This document shows, one piece after another, positions 24,770-38,233 of a DNA stretch of 64,000 nt; positions within the stretch are counted from its first letter, which is position 1, and each line of letters opens with the position of its first letter. A program made the translations under genes and the position numbers. The stretch is from Heterodontus francisci (lineage: Eukaryota): assembly GCF_036365525.1 (NCBI RefSeq), contig NC_090399.1, positions 14,817,558 to 14,881,557 on the forward strand. The letters are read 5' to 3'. The notes under the pieces are model-generated. The model was not told the DNA's origin, did not search any database, and saw only the letters and a list, made by a program, of their open reading frames with translations.

Positions 24770-25800
24770 TAGATGAACATACGAATTAAGAGCAGGAGTA
24801 GGCCACTCGGCCCTTCGAGCCTGCTCTGCCATTCAACAAGTTCATGGCTGAACTGATCACTCCACATTTCCACCTACTCCTCGATAACCTTTCACCCCCT
24901 TACTTATCAAGAATCTATGTATCTCTGCGTTAAAAATATTCAAAGACTCTGCTTCCACTGCCTTTTGAGGAAGAGAATTCCAAAGACTCATGACCCTCAG
25001 AGAAAAAAATTCTCCTCATCTCTGTCTTAAATGGACGACCCCTTATTTTAAACACTGACCCCTAGTTCTAGATTCTCCCACAAGAGGAAACATCCTTTCC
25101 ACATCCACCCTGTCAAGGCCCCTCAGGATCTTATATTTTTCAATCAAGTTGCTGCTTTCTCTTCTAAATTCCAACAGATACAAGCCTAGCCTGTCCAATC
25201 TTTCCTCATAAGACAACCCGCCCATTCCAGGTATTAGTCTAGTAAACCTTCTTTGTACTGCATCCAAAGCATTTACATCCTTCCTTAAATAAGACCAGTA
25301 CTGTACACAGTACTCCAGATGTGGTCTCACCAATGCCCTGTATAGCTGAAGCATAACCTCCCTACTTCTGTATTCAATTCCCCTTGTGATAAATGATAAC
25401 ATTCTATTAGCTTTCCTAATTACGCGCTGTATCTGCATACTAACCTTTTGTAATCCATGCATGAGGACACCCAGATCCCTCTGCATCTCAGAGCTCTGCA
25501 ATCTCTCACCATTTAGAGAATATGCTTCTTTTTTATTCTTCCTGCCAAAGTGGACAATTTCCCACTTTCCCACATTATACTCCATTTGTCAGATCTTTGC
25601 GCACTCACTTAACCTATCTATATCCCTTTGTAGCCTCCTTATGTCCTCTTCACAAGTTACTTTCCTACCTATCTCTGTGTCATCAGCAAATTTAACAACT
25701 ATACCTTTGGTCCCTTCATCCAAGTCATTTATATAAATTGTAAAAAATTGAGGCCCCAGCACAGATCCCTGTGGCACACCACTCAGTACATCTTGCAACC
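24770..25800 (-). mobile_element. CR1 3' portion
   Basis: [31 protein letters not shown] and tail. Confidence 0.9.
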
Positions 25801-27304
25801 GTGACCCAATCGTGACCCAACCAGGAAAATCCAACCCTTCATTGCTTTATTGAAAAAGCAAAGGATATGCTTTTCCCATTTTACAGCAGCCTTCTCAACT
25901 TCTCCTGCCACGTTCAAAGGTATGTTTGCATAAAGCCCCAGGTCACTCTGTTACTGCACCCCTTTTAAAACTGTATGATTTAGTTTATATTCCTTCTCCT
26001 CATTCTTCCTACCAAAATGTGCCACCTTTGGCTGAAGGTCCTCATCACTGGAATCCTCTTTTGTGTGAGTTCTGAAACCAGCATCGGTCTCCTTTCCACA
26101 GGGGTGATAAGTGGTTTAGTGGAAAGGAAATCGACGGCTCGTATGTTCCGAGGAGTTGTCTTAAAGAGGAAATGATACAAGGTCAACATGTTAGCCTTCA
26201 TGTTTTGACTATTCAAAAAAAAAACTTTATAAATTTCCACATTACACCTAACCCTTCCTTCTTACTTACAAAATGCCACAGTTAGACAAATATGTTGGAA
26301 GCTTTGAAGAAAGCCATCCTAAAACCAAACACATTTTATTTATCCCCAAATTTAAAATCAATGCAATGATAATTCAGCGTAAATAGATGTTATTGAGAAT
26401 TTCTGTCCATCTCCCACTTCCTTGGCGGCCTCTTCGCCTCGTGTTCCTCCTCTAGGACCATTAAAACCGACCTCTTTGACCAAGCACTTGGGACAGCTTA
26501 CTAGGCTGAAGGCGCTACTTAAATCCAAGTAATTGTTGTTGTCAAATAATTGCATGTCCAAAAAATTACATTGTGGCCCACTGCTAGTCACGTTATAATA
26601 GGTGCACATGAGAACCTCGAAGACTTTACCCCCTACATTTGATAGAATCAGTACCCGGTTTAGCTATAAAGTTATACAGTTTGCTTTGTGCTCAGCAGGT
26701 TGGAAAGGGATGCTTCAGTCGAGGGTTGCCAACTGTGGATACCAGCAAATAGCTCAATTCATTGGCAATGAGACAATGGCAGAATGCAGGCTGGTGGCTA
26801 ACCACTTAGAGCTGTTGCACAGATAATTCAAGTACAAGGAAGTTAGAGGGCACTGAGTTTCTAAGTATATTGCCCAGTGAATGAGAATACTTGGATTTGC
26901 TTTAAATTAATAATATCAGTCAATCATTTGAAACGTGGACAAGTGCCAACTTCTCATAGTCTCCCCTTTGAAGTCCATCACCTCACACGCATAGAACCAC
27001 AGTACCAGAGAATGTTGATGAGGCCACTCGGCCCAGCACGCCTGTGCCAGCTCTTTGAAAGCGCTGTCCAGTTCGTCCCACTCTTTTGCTCTCTCCCCAT
27101 AGCCCTGCAATTATTTCCACTTTATCCAATTCGCTTTTGGAAGTTATTATTGAATCTGCTTTCCCCGCCCATTCAGGCAGTGCCTTCCAGATCATCACAA
27201 CAACTCACTGCATGAACCCCTTTTCCCCCTTCATGTTCCCTCTTATTCTTATGCTCATCGCCTTAAATCTATGTCCTCTGGTAGCCCACCCTTCTGCCCC
27301 TGGA

Positions 27305-30011
27305 AACAAAGAACAAAGAACAGTACAGCACAGGAACAGGCCATTCGGCCCTCAAAGCCTGCGCTGATCTCGATGCCTACCTAAACTAAAACCTTCTGCA
27401 CTTCCGGGGACTGTATCCCTCTATTCCCAGCCTATTCATGTATTTGTCAAGATGCCTCTTAAACGTCGCTATCGACCTGCTTCCACCACCTCCCCCGGCA
27501 GCAAGTTCCAGGCACTCACCACCCTCTGTGTTTATCGTCACTGTTCCTGAAATGCTCCCCTACTGAAACTTCGACCGCCTGGCCGGGCTCATTCCTCAAT
27601 ACCAGGTCCAGTATGGCCCCATCCCTAGTTGGACTAGCTACATATTGTTTCAAGAAGCCCTCCTGGATGCTCCTTACAAATTCTGTCCCATCCAAGCCCC
27701 TAGCACTACGTGAGTCCCAGTCAATATTGGGGAAGTTAAAATCACCCACCACTACAACCCTGTTACCTTTACATCTTTCCAAAATCTGTCAACATATCTG
27801 CTCCTCTACCTCCCGCTGGCTGTTGGGAGGCCTGTAGAAAACCCCCAACATCGTGACTGCACCCTTCCTATTCCTGAGCTCCACCCATATTGCCTCGCTC
27901 CATGACCCCTCAGAGATGTCCTCCCGCAGTACAGCTGTGATATTCTCCTTAACCAGTAATGCAACTCCCCCACCCCTTTTACATCCCCCTCTATCCTGCC
28001 TGAAGCTTCTAAATCCTGGAACATTTAGCTGCCAATCCTGTCCTTCCCTCAACCAAGTCTCTGTAATAGCAACAACATCATATTTCCAAGTACTAATCCA
28101 AGCTCTAAGTTCATCTGCCTTACCTGTTATACTTCTCACATTGAAACAAATGCACTTCAGACCACCGGTCCCGCTGAGCTCAGCAACATCTCCCTGCCTG
28201 CTCTTCCTCTTAGTCTTACTGGCCTTATTTACTAGCTCCCCCTCATTTATTTCACTTGCTGTCCTACTGCTCTGGTTCCCACCCCCCTGCCACACTAGTT
28301 TAAACACTCAGGAGTGATGCGAGCAAACCTCGCAGCCAGGATATTTGTGCCCCTCCAGTTTAGATGCAACCCATCCTTCTTGTACAGGTCCCATCTGTCC
28401 CTGAAGAGATCCCAATGGTCCAGATATCTGAAACCCTCCCTTCTACACCAGCTGTTCAGCCACGTGTTTAGCTGCACTATCTTCCTATTTCTAGCCTCAC
28501 TGGCACGTGGCACAGGGAGTAATCCCGAGATTACAACCCTAGAGGTCCTGTCTTTTAACTATCTACCTAACTCCCTAAACTACCCCTGCAGGACCTTGTC
28601 ACTCTTCATGCCTATGTTGTTGGTATCGATGTGGACCACAACCTCTGGCTGTTCACCCTCCCCCTTCAGAATGCCCCCTGTCCGTTCAGAGACATTCTTG
28701 ACCCTGTCACCTGGGAGGCAACATACCATCCTGGAGTCTCTTTCACGTCCACAGAAGCGCCTATCTGTGCCCCTGACTATCGAGTCCCCTATAACTATTG
28801 CTCTTCTGCGCTTTGTCCCTCCCTGCTGAACAACAGTGCCAGCCATGTTGCCATTGCTCTGGCTGCTGCTGTTTTCCCCTGATAGGCCACCCCCCCCCAA
28901 CAGTATCCAAAATGGTATACTTGTCACAGAGGGGGATAGCCACAGGGGATTCCTGCACCGACTGCCTGCCCCTTCTAGCGGTCACCCATCTATCTGCCTG
29001 CAGCTTGGGTGTAACCACTTCTCTAAAACTCCTGTCTATGACGCTTTCCGCCACCTGCATGCTCCTAAGTGCATCCAGTTGTCGCTCCAACCGATCCATG
29101 CGGTCTGTGAGGAGCTGCAACTGGGTACACTTCCTGCAGATGTAGTCCTCCGGAACGCTGGAAGCGTCACGGACTTCCCACATCTCACAGGTGAAGCACT
29201 TCACCCCTCTAACTGACATTTCTAGCACTATTTATTAAATTAATTTAAAATAAATAAATACTTATTAAATCCTTACTAAATTGTTATAATTAACTATATG
29301 GTCCCCAGTGCTAGATTCCTACTATAAATATTAAATGCTAACTAAATACAGTAATCTCCCCTCTGGTTTAGTTACTCTACTAATTAGTTAATTAGGGTTT
29401 TAATCAATTTTTATCAATGTTTTCTTTTCAAATTCAGTAAAAATTCCCCACCAGCCAATCAGGTCACAGCTTTCCTGTGACATCACTTTCAGTTTTTTTT
29501 AACCAGAGGTAAGTTTTTTTATACTTACCGGTCTGGATCTCCGCCCCCCAAGTCTTCTCCCTGGATGAAGGCTACAAAACCCCGAGGTAAGTTTTTTATA
29601 CTTACCGGTCCGGAACTCCACCCTCCGAGTCTTCTCCCAGTCAGCTGTGCTCTTTGGAAGCTCTCGGCTCCCCTCACTCTGAGGACAGGTAGGAAATGAA
29701 AGGAGCTCCTCACCGAACTTCCTCAGTTACCAAACTTCCACTGTAGCACTCTAATGCAAACAAAGTCAGCACTGCAAGATAGCTCACTGTTATATTGACT
29801 GACTCTAGCCCCTGAAAACTGGTTTAAGCCAATTCTCTAATTAACAAGGTGCAGCTGCAAGCAGAGCCTGAGTGAACCCTGTTTCAAGCTGATCTAAAAC
29901 CCACCTTCTCCAACCCTAACAGCAACTGTTAAATTAATCTGCTCAATAAAAGACAGATTAGATTTAAGATAAAATTAACCCTTATTTATCCTCAGTTACC
30001 AAACTTCCACT
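27305..30011 (-). mobile_element. CR1 with 5' UTR and ORF1 (zinc finger + esterase), ORF2 internally deleted; nested in an older CR1 tail
   Basis: ORF1 CFTC...CRKC and IVIGDSIV (SGNH-type); EN ITETW and GDFNFP joined directly to the 3' end at about 27531; host resumes at 30012. Confidence 0.88.
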
Positions 30012-30390
30012 TTCTCATTACTTTACCAAAACCCTTCAATGATTTTAAACAATTCTATCAATTCTCCTGTTAACCTCCTCTGCTCCAGTCCGTAGGTATC
30101 GGAGTGAAGGCTATGGAGGCGCCAAATTACCCCTCCATGCTCCCGAGGAAGCCCTAAACACATGCCGTTCTTTTTCTCTGATACCTATACACCGATTGCA
30201 CACTTTCACTAATTCTTTCTACATCATAGAAAGGTTAATGGAGCGTAAATTGTGTTCACAGCATTATTTCGTGGGCCAAATTATTCTGAACGTGAACTTG
30301 TCTTGAATCAGCACCCACCTATTTAGACACAGTGTCAGGTAGATGGTACATTACTCAGGACGGAAATAGTGATGCTATGATTATATTTCG

Positions 30391-30423
30391 TTGCCATCTG
30401 GTGGCAGTAATTCGATACTGCAG
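30391..30423 (-). promoter_or_regulatory. CTCF-binding-like motif (reverse) with upstream module
   Basis: Minus strand TGCAGTATC-6nt-CTGCCACCAGATGGCAA: core plus the upstream TGCAG module at typical spacing, in non-repeat DNA between the two genes. Confidence 0.55.
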
Positions 30424-31956
30424 TACACACCGGCGTAGGAGACAGCAGTGTAGTTTATATACACTCCATAAAGGGCTCGCCAGTGGCAGATACTGGGCAC
30501 TATAAGTCCCCTCGTAACTCGGCAGTGCCTGTTGTTCATGCATTAACCCGGAGAAAATACGTTAGCAGGCTATTCAGCTCCAGAGAATATCGCATCCTGG
30601 GCTGATGCAGTTCTAATCCAATACACACAGGGGAGGGAAAAAAACATCCTAAGCAGGAACTCTATTGACTTAAAATTTACTTGAACTGGACTATATTGAA
30701 ATGGGCAATCATAAAACAAGACTGTTGTCATAAATCTGTCACCCAGAGCTGGGTGATATGATTCCTTTTTTAACTATGTGTTCCACAACGCGGAAAATTT
30801 AATCCTGCTGTTTAATGAAATATCAGATCTAATTTTTAAAAAAGTGTTCCACCAGCAGATATCCCGTGGCATTACTTAGTCTATAACAATAGGGGTGTGA
30901 TCAACAAAGCGTAACTAGGACAGTGTTACAGGAAATGAATATGAAACTTACAGAAAGTGAGAACTATTTGGAACACTTTTAATATATTATAACTATAACT
31001 TGTAGCAGAAACAATGAACAAAATTGCTCCAATCACAAAGGCAGAGCGTGTAAATACCTTTTCACAGTATGTGAACGTACATTCGCAAAATAGTCACTGG
31101 CATAATCTCGCAGCATTTATTGCAATGTCAATATTATGGTGCGAATCTCTTTCAGCATGTTAGCTCGGTACATCAGACCGTTTCTTCCACCGATCCTGTA
31201 ACATCCATTTCATCATGCAAGGGACCACACTCATTTAAAACTCCACATAAATATTTCCCGAGGGAGTCGACAAAAGCCCTGGAAGACCTGTTCAATTCAA
31301 CTTCCCAACAATGTAACCTGGGCTGTCACCGCCCACAAATAGCATCCGATATCATTTCCAAATCAGCTAGAAACCATATTTCTTCATTCATTTTCTTTTT
31401 AACAGGTAATTTTTTTGCAGGTAATTCGCCAATGTTCTTGTTAGGTGTAGCGGCATGTGGAAAATAATTTTACAAAATTCGAATTTTATACATAGTTACT
31501 TTGAAAGGTCTCTGTCTCGTTTGATGACTTTGAAGCATAGCCTAGCATATTCCCAAGGTTTGGACTCACAAAATAAAACAGCCACGTTATTTGTAGAATG
31601 CATTTTGATTCCTATTTTGAAGATATTAAAAGACAGTATGAGCTTTTTTTTTCCTGTCAATACCCTATCTCGACAGTAAGCACACTAAAAATGTTAAAGA
31701 TCAAATAAAACCCCAAAGTAGCAATATCTCTGTGCAGCAAATAACAAGAGTGTTAACAGACCAATTCGGCAACATTTCATTTCAGCTTCTTCAAACGTTA
31801 ATCAAAACATGAGTCAGAACATGTTATTTTAAAAAATAAGCTCTTAAGCAAATACAAACATTCATCTTTGGACAAAGTCTGAATTTACGATGTAAAGGCA
31901 ACATTAGCAGGACTTCCGTGACGGAATGAATCCTTTATTCCAAATGAACTTTCATT

Positions 31957-32049
31957 TCACTGTTCTTCATGGCTCATCAAACTTCTCATGCAGACTTCGG
32001 AAGTGACAGATTTCGCCGTCGGATCTTCAGAGCAATCACGAGTCTTCGG
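31957..32049 (-). CDS. NCR3/CD28-like Ig receptor gene 2, exon 4 (cytoplasmic tail)
   Basis: Acceptor ...cgtctgcag; phase-0 open frame PKTRDCSEDPTAKSVTSEVCMRSLMSHEEQ*; AATAAA on the minus strand at 31934-31939. Confidence 0.55.
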   Translation of the reverse strand, partial: PKTRDCSEDPTAKSVTSEVCMRSLMSHEEQ

Positions 32050-32699
32050 CTGCAGACGTGTAAAATGATATTAACAATTCATACGGTCAATGCTGTCAAT
32101 CTGTCTCAACCCAAAATGTCGATATTAACGTACGAACGCTTAAGGCTTTAACAAGGTATTAACACAGATATTAACCTATCTATTTCGCATCACTAGAATG
32201 GAGCAGAAATGACTGAATGTGAACGTGCCTATTCTTGTTTTGAGTTAATGCAAAAGCGAGAAGGTTGTTGGATTTTCCAGTTTGAACTTTCAGAAGTTTT
32301 GGGGAGTGAGGATGGGGAGAAGGATCGAAAGTACAAGAAAGATAGTCAAATAATGTATTAAATTACAAGCACTGCAATGCATGGAAGAAGAGACGGTGCG
32401 AGCCGTCAAGCACATTCCTTCCAATGGGCCATGGATAACTTGGAATGTTATTGCCTCTTCGGAACTCATGGCAGAAGGGCCAGCTGCCAATTGTGGGGCA
32501 ATGAGACAGAGCGATATCCGCAGAGGTCAGCAAAACGGGTATTACTGAGGCCTCGAGCTCTCTTTAGTTGCGCAGAGCAACAAATACTGACCCTGGTATA
32601 ACTTGGCTTTCCCACTAGTTTTTGTCTGTATAGGTTTAAGTCAGAGTGCAGTTCACCTGCAGCACTGATGATAACAGCCTCATATTAAAAACCGGATAG

Positions 32700-33870
32700 C
32701 AAATTAACTGTGACGGGGCCTCAACTACTCACTGTCTTCATTCATGACTTAAACGATTGGATAGAAAGTCACATATCCAAATGTGCCGCTGACACAAAGA
32801 TAGGCGGCATTGTAAGGAGTGTAGATGGAGACATAATTACAAATTAATGGGCAAATCTGTGGTAAATGGATTTCAATGTAGACAAAAGTGAGGTCATCCA
32901 CTTTGGAACTAGAAAAGATAGACAGAATAATAAATAATCACAGAATTGTTACAGTTCCAAAGGAACTAGAAACAGCAAAGATCCAAAAGCACTTGTGGTC
33001 CAGATACACACATAATTAAAATGTCATGAACAGGTACATAAAATAATCAAAAAGGTTAATGGAATGCTTTATATCTGGAGCACGAGAACACAAGGGGGCA
33101 GAAGTCCTGCTTCTGATGTACAAATCCCTGGTCAGACCACACGTGGAGTATTGAGAGTAGTTCTGGGCAGTACACCTTAGGAAGGATATATTAGCCTTGG
33201 AGGGAGTGCAGCATTGGTTTACCAGAATGATAACTGGACTCCAAAGGTTAAATTATGCGGAAAGATTACACAAACCATGGTTATAGTCCATGGAATATAA
33301 AGGGTTAAGGGGTGATTTGATTGAATTGTTCAAGATATTAAGGGGAATAGAGGGCCTTGAGTCTTTGGAATTCTCTTCCTCAAAAGGCGGTGGAAGCAGA
33401 GTCTTTGAATATTTATAAGGCAGAGATAGATAGATTCTTGATAAGCAAGGGGGTGAAGGGTTATCGGGAGTAGGTGGGAATGTGGAGTTGAGGTTACAAA
33501 CAGTTGAGCCATGATCTTACTGAATGGCGGAGTAGACTCAAAGGGCTGAGTGGTCTACTCCTGCTCCTAATTCGTATGCTCATATGTATGTATAGATAGG
33601 GTAGATTGGGAGAAATTATTTTTGCTCGCTAGGGAGTAGAGGGAACTGTCAAAACATTAGAACCAGACCTTTCAGGAGTGAGATTAGAAAACACTTCTTC
33701 ACGCCAAGGGTAGAAGTTTGGAAACTTTCTTCTGCAAACGCAATTGATGCTCGATCAACTGTTAATTTGGGGGCAAAGGCGGGTTTGTAGAGTTAGATCG
33801 CAGATCAACCATGACCTCTTGAATGGTGGAACAGGCTTGAGGGGCTAAATGGCCTCTTCCTGTTCCTATG
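32700..33870 (+). mobile_element. Degenerate CR1 with a nested CR1 tail (33350-33590); intron 3 of gene 2
   Basis: Nucleotide similarity to the RT and 3' ends of other CR1 copies in the window. Confidence 0.7.
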
Positions 33871-33976
33871 GTCAATGCCGAACATTACTTTTCCCAATTT
33901 TATTAATTGATATTCCTTGAACAAACTCTACGCACATTATAGTTACGATATAAAGAATGAAGAAGCGAGTCAATAC

Positions 33977-34089
33977 CTTTACAAGGCATGCCACAACGCC
34001 GAAGAGAATTAGGAAGACGATGAGAATGCATTTTCCTACCAGAAGCCCAGTGACTGGAGGCGAAAGCAATTCACTTCCACAAGGCTGAC
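33977..34089 (-). CDS. NCR3/CD28-like Ig receptor gene 2, exon 3 (stalk + transmembrane with Lys)
   Basis: Acceptor ...cttttag, phase 1; RQPCGSELLSPPVTGLLVGKCILIVFLILFGVVACLVK, then AAG|GTATTG donor (phase 0). Confidence 0.75.
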
Positions 34090-34439
34090 CTAAAAGAAGA
34101 GGGCACTGAAGTGGGTGTCATTAAGGATGAACGTGAACGAAGCCTGGGCAAAATTCAGCAATACAACCTCAACACATTTCCCTTTATATTCATTCATTGT
34201 CAGAACTGAATGCTTGCTATGATGAAGTAATAACTTGCTGAATTCTGTAGCATTTCATCAACTGCCCGCAGACCCGTTTTCTTTAAAGTTGATAGAAACA
34301 TTATCAACAACAGTAAACCATACATTTTTTCCATTTGATTCTTGCTCATTAAGGTGAGGGATCTTTGGAATGCAATGCCTTTCTACTCATGGTACCTAGT
34401 ACCTGTTTTCCCAAATCAAAAGGAGGATAAAAGTGAGAT

Positions 34440-34758
34440 TTTATTTATTTATTGATACAGCACTGAAACAGGCCCTTTGGCCCACCGAGTATGTGCCGAC
34501 CAAGAACCACCCATTTATACTAACCCTACAGTAACCCCATATTCCCTACCACCTACCTACACTAGGAGCAATTTTACAATGGCCAATTTACCTATCACCT
34601 GCAAGTCTCTGGCGGTGGGAGGAAACCGGAGCACCCGGCGAAGACCCACGCGGTCACAGGGAGAACTTGCAAACTCTGCACAGGCAGTACCCAGAGTTGA
34701 ACCCGGGTCCCTGGAGCTGTGAGGCTGCGGTGCTAACCACTGCGCCACTGTGCCGCCC
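34440..34758 (-). mobile_element. Full-length HE1-like V-SINE
   Basis: tRNA head GGGCGGCACAGTGGCGCAGTGGTTAGCAC...GGGTTCAACT, V-core, CR1-type tail, (TAAA)n end. Confidence 0.85.
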
Positions 34759-35314
34759 ACTGTGCTGTGAACACAGCAAAATCAGGCCGCTCCATTTTAC
34801 ACCCATTGGTTTAAATATGGAGTGGGCTCCCCCAGCAACATGCACTCCACTCCGTCCAAATTTTCAGCATTCTCATTAACTCAGGCTTGTCAATAGCCCA
34901 GGCACAGGTCGGGACAATCTATGAAGCTTTCTTTGAACTGATTCAATGGCACAGTATAATTCTAAATACAAAAGGACCACCCTATTGTGTTTTGTTTTCA
35001 GTCGCTATTTGGTTTTCCTTTAGGCAGATTCAGCTCAATTGGGAAACATTGCAAGCTGTATTGCGTTTCAAACTTCAGCCCGCCACCAACAAAGTGGACA
35101 CGTTTGGGACGACACTTGACAAGGAGGAAAGACAACACGACCCATTGATCTTCTGAAATCAGCTTCAGTTCTGAGGGGTGAAGGGCTCTCCTCATTCACC
35201 TGCCTTGGCAGCGAATGATAAAGAAATTTATGTTTCTTGTTCTGCTTTACAGGGAGCTCTGTGCTACTTCCAATTCTTCCATCTTTTCTGCTTACCATCA
35301 AGAGGCAGTTAACG

Positions 35315-35785
35315 AAAGGAACAGGAGCAGGAGTAGGCCATTTGGCCCCTCGAGCCTGCTCCATCATTTAATAAGATCATGGCTGATCTGACTGTGGCCT
35401 TAACTCCACTTTCCCACCTTTCCCCCCATAACCCTTGACTCCCTTGAAGATCAAAAATCTAACTCGGCCTTGAATCTTTTAAATGATCCAGCCTCCACTG
35501 CTCTCTGGGGAAGAGAATTCCAAAGATTAATGATCCTCTGAGAGAAGAAATTCCTCCTCATTTCCATCTTAAATGGGAGACCCTTTATTTTTAAACTATG
35601 CCCCTAGTTCTACATTCCCCCACAAGGGAAAACATCCTCTCAGCATCTACCCTGTCAGTCAAGCCCCCGCAAAATCATATATGTTTCAATAAGATGACCT
35701 TTCATTCTTCTAAACTCCAATGAGTATAGGCCCAACATGCTCAAGCTTTCCTCACAAGACAGCCCCTTCATCCCAGGAACCAGGT
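35315..35785 (-). mobile_element. CR1 3' end
   Basis: Same tail family as 22840 and 41350. Confidence 0.85.
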
Positions 35786-35972
35786 TCAATAATAAATTTA
35801 ATTATACTTGTTAAATATAAATGTCATTAGTGAATTAATCCAAATCTGACTTCATCAGTTGATTGCAAGCCAATGCTTTTTTTGAACGAAAAATTCCTTT
35901 CCTCTTTAGAAATCTATGCAATTCGGGATCAAGTGCTCGTTCTGCAAACACCTCAGTCCATTTGCTGCTTAC

Positions 35973-36317
35973 GTTTTACATGAACTTTCGTGCCGTTCCC
36001 TATGCGGAGTTCCCCATCCATTGCTTTCACCACGCAGTAATAGGTGTCAGAATCGTGCAGTCTGAGGTCAGAGATTTTGATGAAAATTTTCCTTTCAATG
36101 AAGTGATGGGGTTTAGACTTCTCCAGGCGGTTTATAAGCAGCAGGTCGCTTTCCAAATCTGTGGCCTTTTCTCTCGATGCGCCACGTGTCCAGGAGACTT
36201 GGCTTACAGGCATCTCGGCCATCCCCTCTCCATAGGCACAGTACATTGTCACCGAGTCTCCTTCTGTTGCATCGACCGACTGAGGGGACTGCAATACATT
36301 AACCCATGATCGACAGG
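35973..36317 (-). CDS. NCR3/CD28-like Ig receptor gene 2, exon 2 (Ig V domain)
   Basis: Acceptor ...ttattccag and donor GTAAGC, phase 1-1; VNVLQSP...TMYC...VSW...DSDTYYC...GNGTKVHVK; shares IFIKI and DSDxYYC with gene 1. Confidence 0.88.
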
Positions 36318-38233
36318 CTGGAATAAAAAGAATCCAACTCTTAGAAGGCATAAAGGGCAATTTTCACCTAAACTGGTCGTTGGGAAACTGACGGGATCCA
36401 TGCAATGCTGGTTGTACGCTTACTCTCTATTGAAGTGTCATATAGGGCATAGTGTAAAATCATGGGTGTTCCCACCCTCTAGTTTCCATTAAGATTGCCA
36501 ATCGCCTAAAATTGTCTTGCCCCAAACTTAAACTTGCCCCAAACTGCACTTATGGTTTGCAAGTTGAGTGGGTATATTAACTCTTCATCCAGTTAGATTT
36601 CTTTCTTGATGACCAATTGTCCCAATGTATTTTTTGTTTATATTTTGTCATATTGGCAGACTAATTATGTATTCATGTTCCATCAGAATCACGGTTATGT
36701 ATGGACCCAGTCAGAGGAATTGCACTGAGAGTTTACAGGGAACAAAAACATACATTTATTTTTAAAGAACAAGTTCATGATTTCATTACAATACCACGTT
36801 TTTCTCGTCCACATGAATTCAGGATTTAATAAAATTAAAACTTGGTAAAAATGTGACCCAAGCAGGTAAGATAGAGTCAGTCATTATGGCACAGGAGGAA
36901 GACCATTTGGCCCATCTCTGTAGAGCAATCCAGTCAGTCCCATTCCTCTGCTCTATCCCTGTAGTCCTGTAAGTTCATTTCCCTCAAGTGCCCATCCAAT
37001 TTCCTTTTGAAATCATTGATAGTCTCTGCTTCCACCACCCTCCTAAGCAGTGAGTTCCAGGTCATTACCACTCACCACGTAAAAACGTTCTTCATCATAT
37101 TCCTCCCCCCCTGTATCTGTTGCCCAAAATCTTAAATTTGTGTCCTCCTAGCCCTTGTACCATCAGCTAATGGGAACAGCCTTTTTTTTGTCTACCTTAT
37201 CTAAATCTGTAAATGGAAGAACTTTTTAGAATAGTGCAATTACACCAGCTGCTATCATGCAATGAGACTCCTTTGGCAGCACCTTCCAAACACGTTATCT
37301 CTACTGCCTAGAAAAACAAGGGCCTCAGGAGCATGGGAACACCACCACCGCCAAGTTCTCCACCAATCACGCTGTGTCTGGGACAAAATCCCAGATTTCC
37401 TTCCCTATATCACATGGACGCCGTCGTTCAAGAAATGGCTCACCACCACCTTCTCAAAGGCAGTTAGGGATAAGCTATAAATGCTGGCCTAGCCAGTGAT
37501 GCTCACATCTCATGAATTAATTAAAAAAAAGATAGTGTAGCTATCACTAAATATGTTAAATAATGTAACACTATCTTGTTAGAAGCCATACATTAACTTT
37601 CAGTTATGCAAAACATCCAACTCAATGAACAACCCTTATTTTGATTGCAGTATTTGAGATTTCAACAGCGTTTACATTTTACTCCAGACCGTGAATGTCT
37701 AGACTTTCAAACTGACCTTATAAATGACAGTAAGATGCCTACATTATCATTTTTTGATTCACTCATGAGATGTGAGCCGTATTGTCAATTCTTATTCTAA
37801 ATTATACAAGGGGACGGAAGACCGCTGTCAGACATGGCACGGCTCAATCTGGGAGACAAACACAGGTCTAAAATTCAGTGAACTGTAAAACTCTTGCTCA
37901 ATGCAGAAAGTGCATTGTTATTTCCCACTACTGTTACTGCACTGTAGTAAAGATTAGAAGGGGATGATAATTAACATCTCTATGGAAAAAATGTGCCGTC
38001 TAAATAATTATTAAGCCATTAAAATTTAAAATAATTTCTCACTCATAATGAACGGATATTTGTAAGCGTTGTTGAACCAGTATCTTCCTGGAGGCAGTTT
38101 CTGGATCGTGTGAACCTGTGAACCAACCAACTTTTAACTCCTCACGTAAACTAGCACTAATTCTGGAAGAGGGGACAAAATAACGAGACCAAGAGAATTA
38201 AGGAACACGTGATAGTGATGAAACTGAACTTAC

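Noticed and set aside
26030-26175. Possible exon in a unique island (minus-strand tttcctctttaag acceptor)
   Set aside because: No recognisable protein, weak donor and no partner exons
31120-31679. Plus-strand ORFs downstream of gene 2
   Set aside because: No motifs or splice support; likely 3' flank or UTR
33872-33976. Second TM helix from read-through of the gene 2 TM exon
   Set aside because: A donor at 33977/33976 and a phase-matched exon at 32049 explain the C-terminus; read-through is not excluded but is unsupported
34700-34758. tRNA gene
   Set aside because: The A and B boxes belong to a SINE head that continues into the V-core and LINE tail
10946-36317. Rearranging Ig/TCR V gene segments
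   Set aside because: The G strand (GxGT) is in the same exon and is followed by a splice donor; no heptamer/nonamer RSS after either V exon and no constant-domain exon seen
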